DNA from: a bacterium
Lineage (GTDB): Bacteria > UBA8248 > JACPRG01 > G963555815
Reading direction: 5' to 3'
NCBI GenBank assembly: GCA_965261595.1
Contig: CBDHDG010000006.1
Span: 736,001 to 800,000, forward strand
Length of the DNA: 64,000 nucleotides
Shown: one piece after another, positions 38,199 to 47,522 of the stretch
Numbering within the stretch: position 1 is the stretch's first letter
Layout: each line of letters starts with the position of its first letter
Position numbers and translations under genes: made by a program
Notes under the pieces: generated by a model
Database searches by the model: none
What the model was told of the DNA's origin: nothing
Seen by the model: only the letters and a program-made list of their open reading frames with translations

Positions 38199-38224
38199 CT
38201 TACTGCGTCAAGGGCATAATCACG
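38188..38224 (-). repeat. Right terminal inverted repeat
   Basis: Reverse complement reads CGTGATTATGCCCTTGACGCAGTAAGACACAAGATAT. Confidence 0.9.
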
Positions 38225-38291
38225 GGTTTTCCCACCCCGCGTCTGACAGGGTGGGCGTAAGCTCGCCTCTTATCCTTGTGAGAAGCGCGGG

Positions 38292-39166
38292 TCACCCCCC
38301 CCCGCGCGAGTTCGAGATCAGGGCGATGCCGATACAGACCACAACCGCGCTGATCGCCAGACGCCACGTGATCTGTTCCAGGTGCTGAAAGAAGATGCGC
38401 GAGATCAAGGAGGAAAACAGCGCCATCGTGTAAATCAGGGGAGTGGTGAAACTGACGCTCGAATCGCCCATGGCCGAGAAGTACGCGAAAAAGGCCGTCG
38501 AATAAAAGACGCCCGCGGCGAGAAAGGTCAGGAACGCCTTGCGGTCCAGGGTCCATCGGTTGTCCCGGGGGATCGCCGGCGTCATCGCGAACATGAAAAA
38601 CAGCGCCCCAGGGCGGAAACGGCGTTCCCGAAGATCCGATCCGCCTGCGCCAGCAGTCCCAGCCGCATGAACACGGGGCTCGTGCTGTAAGCCAGGGCGG
38701 GGAGCAACCCCAGGAGCGCGGTCCGGAGATGGATGCGGATCTTCGAGCGGTCCATCACAACGTTCATGATCCCGCCGACGATGAGGAGGGCGCCGGCCAA
38801 CAATAGGAGCGAGGGGCGCTCGCCCAGGAACGCCACGGCGATCAGGATGCTGAACAGCGGGGTGAACGCCACCATGACAGACGCGCGCGACACCCCAATC
38901 CGCCGGACGCTGAAGTAAAACAGTAGCCGTCCGGGACCCGTCGAGCAAAGCCCCATCAGCAGAAACCACATCGCCGCCGTCCAGGAATTCTCCGGACCCA
39001 GCCCCCGGAGGTAGAGCGCGGCCGCGAAGGCCACAAAAACCACGGACGACGTGATGACAGCCGCAACGTAGGGGCCGGCGGTCCGGATCCCCAGACGGGT
39101 GAGGACATCACCGGTCCCGAACAGGAATCCGGCGAACAGTCCCCATAGAAGAGCCGTGCTCAGCAT
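38292..39166 (-). pseudogene. EamA/DMT-family transporter, frameshifted
   Basis: N-half in ORF 38582-39205, C-half in ORF 38292-38969; one extra G in the G4 run (plus-strand CCCC 38606-38609) restores ...VSALGALFFMF...; paralog of the next gene. Confidence 0.78.
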
Positions 39167-39371
39167 GCGCCGCCTTCGAAGTCGAGCGGGAAGATCGATA
39201 TCCAACCCGGACCGGATCGGACAAATGCCCGGCGGGCCTTCCGCCGGGAGACATTATGCCACCGTGGACGCACGTCGTGCAGACCGTCCTTGAACCGAGA
39301 CCTCTCCTCGCGTGTCGGAGAGACCCAAGGGGGCGGGAAAAGGGGGCCGCCTTCGGCTCGGGGCCTTACCC

Positions 39372-40235
39372 TCACTTGGAGATGGATATCAGGAAAACCC
39401 CGATAAAGACCACCACGCCCCCAACGGCGAGCCGCCCCGTGATTTGTTCGAGACTTTGAAAGAGAAGGCGGGCGAGCAGGATGGCGAACAGGGGCGAGGT
39501 GAAAGCGAGGGACGCGACAAAGCTGACGATTTCCGAGCCGAGGGCCGCGTGGTAGGCATAGAACACGACATTGTAGCATACGCCCGCGCCGAGGAATGTC
39601 AGGAACCCGCGCCGATCCGCGCCCCACCGGTCCTCGCGGGGGACGGCTTTTTGCGATGTCAGGAGCAAGATCAGCGCCCCAACGGACGAGAGCAGGCTTC
39701 CCAGAGAGGGATCGGGCAGGGATTGCATCCCCAACCGGATGAAAAAAGGCGTCAGGCTGAGGAAGAGAGTGGGCAACAGGCCGAGCAAGACGGCCCGGCG
39801 GTCAATCCGAATGCCCCCGCGGTCGGTCACAACGCTGAGCAAGCCCCCGACGATGATCACCGCGCCGAGAACCACGCGCCATGACGGCCGCTCCCCCAAC
39901 AGGGCCACGGCCGTGAGCATGCTGATCAGCGGGGTGACGATCACCAGGACCGAGGCCCGGGAGACCCCGATCCGGCGAATGCTGTAGTAGAACAGGAGCC
40001 TGCCGGGCCCGATCGCCGCCGCCCCCGTCAACAGGAACCAGCCCATGGCGGGCCAGAGGGGTCCGGCTTGCACCCCTTGGGCTGACACGATGACCGCAAA
40101 GAAAATGAGGCTTGCCCCGGAGTTGATGATCGCCCCGGTGAAGGGGGTTCCGTTGCGCAACCCCAACCGGGTCAACAGGTCTCCGCACCCGAAAGCAAAC
40201 CCGCACACCAGCCCCCAAAACAGTCCCATCCCCAC
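39372..40235 (-). CDS. EamA/DMT-family transporter
   Basis: About 10 TM segments, GPGRLLFYYSIRRIGVSRAS, LLGERP. Confidence 0.85.
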   Translation of the reverse strand: MGMGLFWGLVCGFAFGCGDLLTRLGLRNGTPFTGAIINSGASLIFFAVIVSAQGVQAGPLWPAMGWFLLTGAAAIGPGRLLFYYSIRRIGVSRASVLVIVTPLISMLTAVALLGERPSWRVVLGAVIIVGGLLSVVTDRGGIRIDRRAVLLGLLPTLFLSLTPFFIRLGMQSLPDPSLGSLLSSVGALILLLTSQKAVPREDRWGADRRGFLTFLGAGVCYNVVFYAYHAALGSEIVSFVASLAFTSPLFAILLARLLFQSLEQITGRLAVGGVVVFIGVFLISISK

Positions 40236-40437
40236 AATCAGGTTATCCTTGGCCGGGAAAGCGAAATAAACGGCATCTCTTTGGAAAACGGCCCGATCGA
40301 GGACCCGCGAGCTCTCCATTGAAAGCGGCCTTATGCCACGTTGACGAAAAAACGGCAGTGATTTCCTTGCGTGGGCTGCTGTATCATCGGAACTCACGTT
40401 ACCGGGTGCGAATCGGTTTTACAGGAGGGAAACGGCC

Positions 40438-40896
40438 TTGGCCGGCGGCGCGGCGAAATACTTCGAGGACTTCGAAACCGGCGAGCGATTCACAACGAGC
40501 GGACGGACAGTGACGGAGTTCGACGTCATGACGTTCGTCACGCTCACGGGGTACCTGGAACCCCTGTTCATCGACGCGGAGTACATCCGGGAAAAGAGCG
40601 GGTTCGGCGAGCGGATCGCGCCTGGGCTTTTGACGACGGCCTTCGCCGACGCCCTGATCGCCCAAACGGGCGTTCTCCACGGGACGGGGATGGCGCTCCT
40701 CGGGATCGAGGGATTGAAGATGAAGGCCCCCGTGAAGGTGGGCGACACCATCCGGGTGGAGGTGGAGATCACCGAGAAGCGCGAGACCAAAAAACCCGAC
40801 CGGGGGGTGGTGACCTCCAGACAGATCGTCCGCAACCAGCGGGGGGAGACGGTCGTGGAATACACCGTGAGCCGGTTCATCCGGCGGCGCGTTTAG
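40438..40896 (+). CDS. MaoC-family dehydratase (hot-dog fold)
   Basis: YFEDFETGERF, GRTVTEFD, FGERIAPG, PVKVGDTI, NQRGE. Confidence 0.88.
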   Translation: MAGGAAKYFEDFETGERFTTSGRTVTEFDVMTFVTLTGYLEPLFIDAEYIREKSGFGERIAPGLLTTAFADALIAQTGVLHGTGMALLGIEGLKMKAPVKVGDTIRVEVEITEKRETKKPDRGVVTSRQIVRNQRGETVVEYTVSRFIRRRV

Positions 40897-40953
40897 CTTG
40901 AGTTTCTCACAAATTCCCTGAGGGGCGATTACGCTGGGGGGGACATCTTGAAA

Positions 40954-41018
40954 GGCGGCCCTCCGCACCCTGGTGGGGCGGGCTTCCAGCCCGCCCCACC
41001 AGGGTGCGGAGGGCCGCC
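40954..41018. repeat. 31 bp perfect inverted repeat (REP doublet/REPIN-like; possible bidirectional terminator)
   Basis: GGCGGCCCTCCGCACCCTGGTGGGGCGGGCT-TCC-AGCCCGCCCCACCAGGGTGCGGAGGGCCGCC. Confidence 0.8.
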
Positions 41019-41034
41019 AAGATGGCCGCTTGCC

Positions 41035-41810
41035 TTAGCGGCAAAGACCCCGTCTTTTCGCAAGGTTATAGTTCCCGCACAGCCCTAACTCACATGCCTG
41101 TTTCCAATCAGGACATGCCCTTTCTTTCTTCCGTAATTTCACCATGTACAGAAAACCTCGGTTGCGGTACGCCAAAGCAAACTTGGGGTTGATCTCCAGG
41201 GTCTTGTTGAAATCGCCAATGGCCCGGTCATACAGACCCTTATTTTTGTAGGCAGCTCCCCGATTGTTGTAGCCTTAGCATCCTTCGGATTGATCTCCAG
41301 GGCCTTGTTGTAATTGACAATCGCCCGGTCATACTGACTTTTCTTCTGGTAAGAGTTTCCCCGATTGTAGTAGGCCCCAGCAAACTTCGGGTTGATCTCC
41401 AGGGCCTTGCTGTAATCGGCGATGCCCCGGTCATGCAGGCCTTTGTTCGCGTAGGCATTTCCCCGATTGTTGTAAGCCTCAGCAAGCTTCGGGTTGATCT
41501 CCAGTGCCTTGTTGTAATCGGCGATGGCCCGGTCATACAGGCCCTTGTTCTCGTAGGCAGCTCCCCGATTGTTGTAAGCCTTAGCATAGTTCGGTCTGAA
41601 CTCCAGTGCCTTGTTGTAATCGGCGATGGCCCGGTCATGCTGGCCTTTCTCGCCGTAGACAATTCCCCGATTGTTGTAAGCCTCAGAATACTTTGGGTTG
41701 ATCTCCAGTGCCTTGTTGTAAACGGAAACGCCGGTAGGTCTTTGACCGCATCCCAATAGGACGAGACCTACAGCGAAGCTGGACAGACTCAATTGAATGC
41801 TCCGTCTCAT
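41035..41810 (-). pseudogene. TPR-repeat lipoprotein, frameshifted
   Basis: Lipobox LLGC; 102 bp tandem AYNNRG...YDRAIADYNKALEINP repeats; 1 bp missing at ~41270 (TTGTAGCC vs TTGTAAGCC in other repeats); corrected frame ends ACPDWKQACELG...GLCR*. Confidence 0.8.
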
Positions 41811-41991
41811 CTCCGAGTCCCCTTCTTCCGAGTCATTCCGTTGGAAGATATGTTGTAAAATAGGCTGAAGGATATCATCACAGGCTAGTGCTTGGTTACA
41901 GAGAGCCGCGTCATAAAGGTCGACGTAGCCTCGATCTGAGCGAAGGGCGTAGCCCGTAGCGAAAATCGAGAGAGAGGCCGCGATTTCCGCC

Positions 41992-42578
41992 GGTGGGGCG
42001 GGCATCTTGCCCGCCGCCGGGCTGGAAGCCCGGCCTACCAAATCGCGGCTACATCCCCCAAAATCCAGCCCAGGTTAGGACGCGAAACTATGCAACGAAG
42101 CACCAGTCGCCTTTATCGACAAAAGCCTTGCCTATCTTCTTCATACTTACTCCGCCGGGCGACCCTTCGGGATAGTGGACTTACCCGGGTTTCTCCCAGG
42201 TCAATGCGGGATTCCCCCATTCCCGGGAGGTCCTACGGTGCATGGATACAATTGTTCATACTATATCTTGCATTGAAACGACAGCCTAATTCACGCTTCG
42301 GAAAATTGGCCGGGGTTGAAAGAAGATTTCGCCTGGAAATCCCTTCGATGGTCGGGGTATGAAGGCCGTTGAAGAAAGGGGCGCGAGTGCTTGAAAAGGC
42401 GGCACTGGCAGGCAAGCTGCCAGTGGCGCGCTCTTGTTTCTATAAGGGCCGCCGGGCAAGATGCCCGGCCTACCGATGCAGGGGTGGTGGGGCGGGCATC
42501 CTGCCCGCCCGTCGATGCCAAACCGCATGGATTGATTTAAAGACAATAGGGTGCCACTGGCGGCTGGTCCGCCAGTGC
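41992..42578. repeat. Cluster of REP-like palindromes
   Basis: GGTGGGGCGGGCATCTTGCCCGCC (41992), GCCGGGCTGGAAGCCCGGCCTACC, GGCACTGGCAGGCAAGCTGCCAGTGGC (~42401), GCCGGGCAAGATGCCCGGCCTACC, GGTGGGGCGGGCATCCTGCCCGCC (~42486), GCCACTGGCGGCTGGTCCGCCAGTGC (~42553). Confidence 0.7.
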
Positions 42579-42588
42579 CTCCTTACAA

Positions 42589-43767
42589 TCAAAACGCCGC
42601 CCGCAGCACCTCCTCCACCTGGGCCGGGTCCGTGATGGGTTTCGGGTTGTTCTTGACGGCCCGGCTGTGCATGGCCTCCGCCGCCAGGGAGGGGATGTCC
42701 GATTCCGGCACGCCGACTTCGCTCAACCGCCCCGTCAGGCCGCAGTCTTCCCGCAGTTTCAGAATGAAGTCGATCCCCTTCCGGCCCGCCTCCAGACCTT
42801 CGTCCGCGTCCTTCGCCGCCCCCATCGCCCGGGCGAGCTCGGCCTGTTGCGAGGCGGTGGCGTCCAGGTTGTACCGAAGGGCGTTGGGCAGGATGATCGT
42901 GTTGGAGACGCCGTGCCCCAGACCGTACCGCCCTCCCAGGACGTGACAGATTCCGTGATGGAGGCCGATGCCGGTGTGATGGACGGTGAAGCCCGCCAGG
43001 AACCCCGCCCGGAGCATCCACGTCCGGGCCTCCAGATCGCTTCCGTCCCTGACGCACCGGAGCAGGCTCCGGGCGATCCACCCCGCGGCGTCCTTGGCGG
43101 CGGCCAGGCCCACCGGGTCGGCGACGGGCGAATAGAGACCCTCGGCGCAGTGGGCGAGGGCGTTCATGGCGGATTCGGCCGTCACCTTCGGCGGCAGGCC
43201 GAGCGTAACCTTAGGGTCGTAGACGACGCAGAGCGGGAGGATGCGCGGGTCGCGGCCGGGGCGTTTCTGTCCCCGCTCCTCGTCGCGCTGGCCGGCGATG
43301 ATCGTCATCTCGGTCCCGGAATAGGTCGTCGGGACGCAAAGGTGGGGGAAGCGGCCGAACGTCTCGCCCTTGGCCTCGGCCTCGCGGATCCGCCACAGGC
43401 CCAGGGCCTTCCCCGTCCCCAGGGCGCTGCCGCCGCCGAAGCTGACGACGAAGTCGGCCCGGGCGTCCTCGGCGGCCCGGAAGGCGGCGTCCACCGTCTC
43501 CACGATGACGTGCGTCCGGACTCCGGTGAAGGACCCGGCCAGCCGACCGCCCAGGATGTCCCGGAGCCGTTTCCCCTCCGGGGAGTCCTTCGCCCGCTCC
43601 GTGCAGACGAGGAACACGCGCTTGCCGCCGAGGCGGTCCACGATCTCAGCCGTCCGGCTCAGGCTACCGGGACCGAAGTGGACTTCCTGCTCCTGCGTGT
43701 GGAATTCAAAGGTTTCGTTGGGTGAGATGGCGTGGGTCTCCTCAACACGGACTCGATAAAGCAACAC
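42589..43767 (-). CDS. Iron-containing alcohol dehydrogenase family, maleylacetate reductase-like
   Basis: SFGGGSALGTGK, VPTTYSGTE, NALAHCAE, GLHHGICHVLGG, HGVSN; start uncertain. Confidence 0.85.
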   Translation of the reverse strand: MLLYRVRVEETHAISPNETFEFHTQEQEVHFGPGSLSRTAEIVDRLGGKRVFLVCTERAKDSPEGKRLRDILGGRLAGSFTGVRTHVIVETVDAAFRAAEDARADFVVSFGGGSALGTGKALGLWRIREAEAKGETFGRFPHLCVPTTYSGTEMTIIAGQRDEERGQKRPGRDPRILPLCVVYDPKVTLGLPPKVTAESAMNALAHCAEGLYSPVADPVGLAAAKDAAGWIARSLLRCVRDGSDLEARTWMLRAGFLAGFTVHHTGIGLHHGICHVLGGRYGLGHGVSNTIILPNALRYNLDATASQQAELARAMGAAKDADEGLEAGRKGIDFILKLREDCGLTGRLSEVGVPESDIPSLAAEAMHSRAVKNNPKPITDPAQVEEVLRAAF

Positions 43768-43870
43768 CCAAACGCGCTCTACAGGGTCAGCCGACCCGCA
43801 GGGTCAACCGACCCGCGCCACACGGACGATTGGATTGATGGACAAGATAGGGGTCTGGAGGTCTCAAAGC

Positions 43871-44788
43871 TTATGCCTCAACCCACCCCGTCCCCTCATG
43901 GCCGAAACCAAAGACTTCCGGGTGGAAGATCTCGGCGAAGATCTCCAGGGACTCGGCGAGCCTCGGGCCGGGGCGGTTGAAGTACTGGTTGCCGTCGGTC
44001 AGGTAGACCCGTCCGTTTCGGACGGCCTTGAGGTCGTCCCACCCGGCCTTTCCCGTCAAGGCGGGCATCTCTTCCCGGGTCTTCTCGATGTCGTATCCGC
44101 AGGGGAAGAGGACGATAACGTCCGGATCGGCGTCGCGCAGCGTTTCCCACTCCATCCAGGAGGAATGCTCATTCTCTTTCCCGAAGAGGTTGGTCCCGCC
44201 CGCCATCTCCACCATCGTGGGCGCCCAGTTCCCCGCAGCCATGAGGGGGTCTATCCACTCGATACAGCCGACGGTGGGACGGTCGGCGATCATCTCGGAC
44301 CGGGCGGCGATCTCCTTCATTCGCGCCCGCAATCTCCCGATGAGGGCTTCGCCCCGGTCCTCGGCGTCGAGCGCGCGGGCCACCCTGCGGATGTCCTCCC
44401 ACACGTCCCCCAGGCCGTTGGGCTCGAGCGAGACAACCTGGGGGGCTTGGCCGCCCGTGAAGCCGCACACGGCCTCCTCCACGTCCTTCAAGCTGACGGC
44501 GCACACCTCGCACTGGGTCTGGGTGATGATGACGTCCGGCCGCACGGCCTCCAACTCCTCGGCGTGCACGCGGTAGACCGAGAGGGCCTCCTGCAAAATC
44601 GCCTTGACCCGGTCGTCGATCTCGCAGGAGGCTCCCTCGGTGTTGAACTTCGGCTCGGTGAGGGCCGGCAGGGAGGCGACAGACGCGGGAAAATCACACT
44701 CGTGGGAGCGGCCGACCATCTGGCCCTCGAACCCGAGCGCGCAGACAATCTCGGTGCCGCCGGCAATCAACGAGACGATCCGTTTCAT
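43871..44788 (-). CDS. Cobalamin/Fe-siderophore-binding-like protein (BtuF fold, no signal peptide)
   Basis: RIVSLIAGGTEIV, VGRSHECDFP, TQCEVCAV, EWIDP, YFNRPGPRL. Confidence 0.82.
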   Translation of the reverse strand: MKRIVSLIAGGTEIVCALGFEGQMVGRSHECDFPASVASLPALTEPKFNTEGASCEIDDRVKAILQEALSVYRVHAEELEAVRPDVIITQTQCEVCAVSLKDVEEAVCGFTGGQAPQVVSLEPNGLGDVWEDIRRVARALDAEDRGEALIGRLRARMKEIAARSEMIADRPTVGCIEWIDPLMAAGNWAPTMVEMAGGTNLFGKENEHSSWMEWETLRDADPDVIVLFPCGYDIEKTREEMPALTGKAGWDDLKAVRNGRVYLTDGNQYFNRPGPRLAESLEIFAEIFHPEVFGFGHEGTGWVEA

Positions 44789-44903
44789 GCGGGCGCTCCT
44801 TCCAAGTTCAAAATCGCGGGGGGGGAGGTTAAAAAAACCCTGGTTGAATCCTTGTTCACCAGTCTTTTGAGCCCCCTTTTATCAGCGACAGAGCGGATTC
44901 ACC

Positions 44904-47108
44904 TCAAAGAGATACCTTGATGTCGTCGTGAAGGGGTGGATCGCCCGGCATGGCCACCTCCACATCCAGCAACCGGGAGCACCCGGGACACAGATAATGC
45001 CGCAGCTCGAACCGTCGAGTGTTCGACCTTTGCGGACCGGACCGGGTCAAGGAAGTAGGAATGAGAATGGCGCTCTCTTTCCAATGCCCATCGTTCGCGG
45101 CCAAGCCGTGGCCGCATTTTGTGCATTGAATGCTCAGCCCCCCGGGGGTCTGAACGGCCCTGAGGTTTTCACTCAGGCTGAATCCCCCGGACGATTCGGA
45201 TTCATCGAATGACTCCCGGACCTGAACCGCTTCGGGAGAAAAGACCTTCTCATCAGCGGAATCTTCCCGGTCTTCGATAAATCCGTTTCGCCTGCCGTCC
45301 AGGAGGCGGGCTCTCCGTCGATCCGTTCGATCCCGATCGACCTCCAGGCGGCCGTTCAACGCCACCCCGTAAATTTCTTCGGCGACCTTTCGGGAAACCA
45401 AACCCTGGATCACATCGGTCCGGACAAGCTCCGGCTCTCGATCGATGGGATCCCCGTAACCTCCGCCGCCCATGATCCAGGCGTGGAGCATCTCGCCTTC
45501 TTCGAGCGCATAAGTCCCCCAGAATACATCCCGCTTTTCTCCATCCACCTCGTCTACGTCTTCGGGGACGCCCCCGGCGCGAAGAAGCCGAAAAACGTCC
45601 AATTCCTTGATCAGGGTGTATCCGCAATTGCAGCCCGGGTACCCGCCGAAGAAGCCTTGGCACTGCGTAAACTCCGTTCCCCTTCCGTACAGAACGACAT
45701 CGACTTTTCCGTCGGACGAATCGTGGGCGGTGAACGCATATTCAATCCCCAGCCCTCCCCGAAACCGGCCCGGCCCGGCGGAGTCCGGCAAAAGGCGTCG
45801 ATAGAGATACAACAGAGGAAGGATGAGCTCCTCACTTTCGATGTTGGGCGTTCTCGACAGGGGGTTCGGGATTTCCCCGCCGAAGTCCACGCCATCCTTG
45901 AAGGTCCGCGCCCCCCCGCTTCCGCCGAACTCATCGGTCAGCATCCCGATCACGTACCGCCCATCCTGATAACCGCAGACCGTTATCGGGGAGTGCGCGC
46001 CCAGCCAGACCGCGGTGGCTTCCTTGCGATACGCGTCGGAGGCGGCCAACATTTTCGAGAGCGCTTCGAGGGAAGCGTTATTAACGACCTCGATCCCGGA
46101 AATCGTCGCCAGGCAGTTCGGGGCCGGACGGGTGCAGTTCACCAGGCTCCCCTCGGGCGCAATCAGGGTGACGGGTTTCAGCATCCCGTCGTTCCACGTC
46201 ATGTCGTAGCCGAGCATGGGGAACAGGGGCGCAACGAGGCCGCCCAGGGTCCCCCAATAGGTGGAGTTGAATGCAACGGAGGCCTGCTCGCTTGTGCCCG
46301 TGAAGTCATAGACGAGCGAGTCATCGTCTTTGGTCATGGCCAGGTTGACCGTATAAACCTCTTGCTCGGTCTCCAGATACTGCCTGACTCTCCACGTTCC
46401 ATCCGGAAGCTCTCTCAACCGATTCCGAAGCAGCGTTTCGGACTGATCGATCAATCCTTGCGCCACCTCATCCACCACATCCGGACCATACCCGGCGTAC
46501 AACTCTTCCAGTCTCTCCCGCGCGGTGATGTTCGCGGCAATCTGTGAATGCAGGTCCAGGGCCCCTATCTCGGACGTCCTCACCATGTTCAGGATCGTCT
46601 TCCAGACGTCCTTTCGGAGGACCCCCCTCTCCACCAGCTTGATCCCCGGAGTCATGAAGCCTTCGTGAAACACCTCTTTAGAGTCCGGCGCGAAACCGCC
46701 GGGATTGATGGCGCCGATATCCCGCAAATGCACGAAGTTCGAGCTCCACGCAACTCGCCTCCCTCCATCGAAAATGGGGGAGAGGACGAAGATATCCGAG
46801 CTGTGCAGCGCCGCGATGTAAGGATCGTTCAGGAGAAAGACATCCCCGTCGTAAATGCCCGGGTTCTCGGAATACTCCCGGATAATGTGACGGCAGGCCT
46901 CGCCCGCGCCGGGAAGCGCGTGAAGATAACCGGTGACGCCCATCAGCAGGCTCCCGTCCGCCGTATACAGCGCGGCGATCAGGTCATGCCCTTCCGTCGT
47001 GGTCGAGGATCCCGAGATGTGCTTCAACGTGATCACCGACTCGTCGACCACGCGCATGAGCTTGTGCCGGATGATCTCGAACGTGAAGGGATCAACACTC
47101 ACGGCCAT
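44904..47108 (-). CDS. Hydantoinase B/oxoprolinase (acetone carboxylase alpha-like) with fused C-terminal Zn-ribbon
   Basis: DPFTFEII, GDVFLLNDPY, H..D, DFTGTS, DSAGPGRFRGG, GGGGYGDP; C-terminal CTKC...CPGC. Confidence 0.85.
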   Translation of the reverse strand: MAVSVDPFTFEIIRHKLMRVVDESVITLKHISGSSTTTEGHDLIAALYTADGSLLMGVTGYLHALPGAGEACRHIIREYSENPGIYDGDVFLLNDPYIAALHSSDIFVLSPIFDGGRRVAWSSNFVHLRDIGAINPGGFAPDSKEVFHEGFMTPGIKLVERGVLRKDVWKTILNMVRTSEIGALDLHSQIAANITARERLEELYAGYGPDVVDEVAQGLIDQSETLLRNRLRELPDGTWRVRQYLETEQEVYTVNLAMTKDDDSLVYDFTGTSEQASVAFNSTYWGTLGGLVAPLFPMLGYDMTWNDGMLKPVTLIAPEGSLVNCTRPAPNCLATISGIEVVNNASLEALSKMLAASDAYRKEATAVWLGAHSPITVCGYQDGRYVIGMLTDEFGGSGGARTFKDGVDFGGEIPNPLSRTPNIESEELILPLLYLYRRLLPDSAGPGRFRGGLGIEYAFTAHDSSDGKVDVVLYGRGTEFTQCQGFFGGYPGCNCGYTLIKELDVFRLLRAGGVPEDVDEVDGEKRDVFWGTYALEEGEMLHAWIMGGGGYGDPIDREPELVRTDVIQGLVSRKVAEEIYGVALNGRLEVDRDRTDRRRARLLDGRRNGFIEDREDSADEKVFSPEAVQVRESFDESESSGGFSLSENLRAVQTPGGLSIQCTKCGHGLAANDGHWKESAILIPTSLTRSGPQRSNTRRFELRHYLCPGCSRLLDVEVAMPGDPPLHDDIKVSL

Positions 47109-47522
47109 CGCTCCTGGAGGTGAATCACCATGTTCTGGTACGGATCCCGCTTCGGCGGATCCCCCTCCCCCTCCCGCCGCGAGAGATCGGCGGCGGCCAT
47201 CAACCGGGCGGCTTCGGAAAAAACTCCTTCGGGCCGTGTCGCCCGCCTGCCGCGCCCGAAAAAACCGTCCTCCGTCTTACGGTGGATCCCCTCCAGAATC
47301 GGTCGCGCGCGCGGGGCGGATTCCGATGGATATTCTACGCGTTGAGACTTGTTTGAGGAAAACTTCCGAGGGAGCGCAAACGGGTCATCCAACTGACTTC
47401 GGGAGGGAGGACGACCCGCCGGGGGCGGATTCCAGACGGATTCGGTTTGTCCTTTCTTCAAGAGACGGGGAGAGCGCACATCCCGCAAATTGGTTGCGGA
47501 GACGACGCGCCCTCCCCTCCCT

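Larger units (their letters stand above)
37267..38224. mobile_element. Non-autonomous IS1595-like element (transposase-less passenger cassette), 958 bp
   Basis: 37 bp terminal inverted repeats with 1 mismatch, starting CGTGATTATG; perfect 8 bp direct repeat GGTTTTCC at 37259-37266 and 38225-38232; low-GC interior; no DDE transposase motifs seen. Confidence 0.85.

Noticed and set aside
37314..38219. 301 aa ORF as the element's transposase
   Set aside because: No Zn-ribbon CPxC, DE(T)Y, TD or N..E motifs of IS1595 transposases; kept only as a possible antisense gene
41180..41720. 102 bp repeats as a CRISPR or DGR array
   Set aside because: They are in-frame TPR coding repeats with no unique spacers, and no cas or reverse transcriptase gene is present
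42100..42400. RAYT transposase remnant between REPs
   Set aside because: No HUH (MPNH.H) motif found in the frames examined
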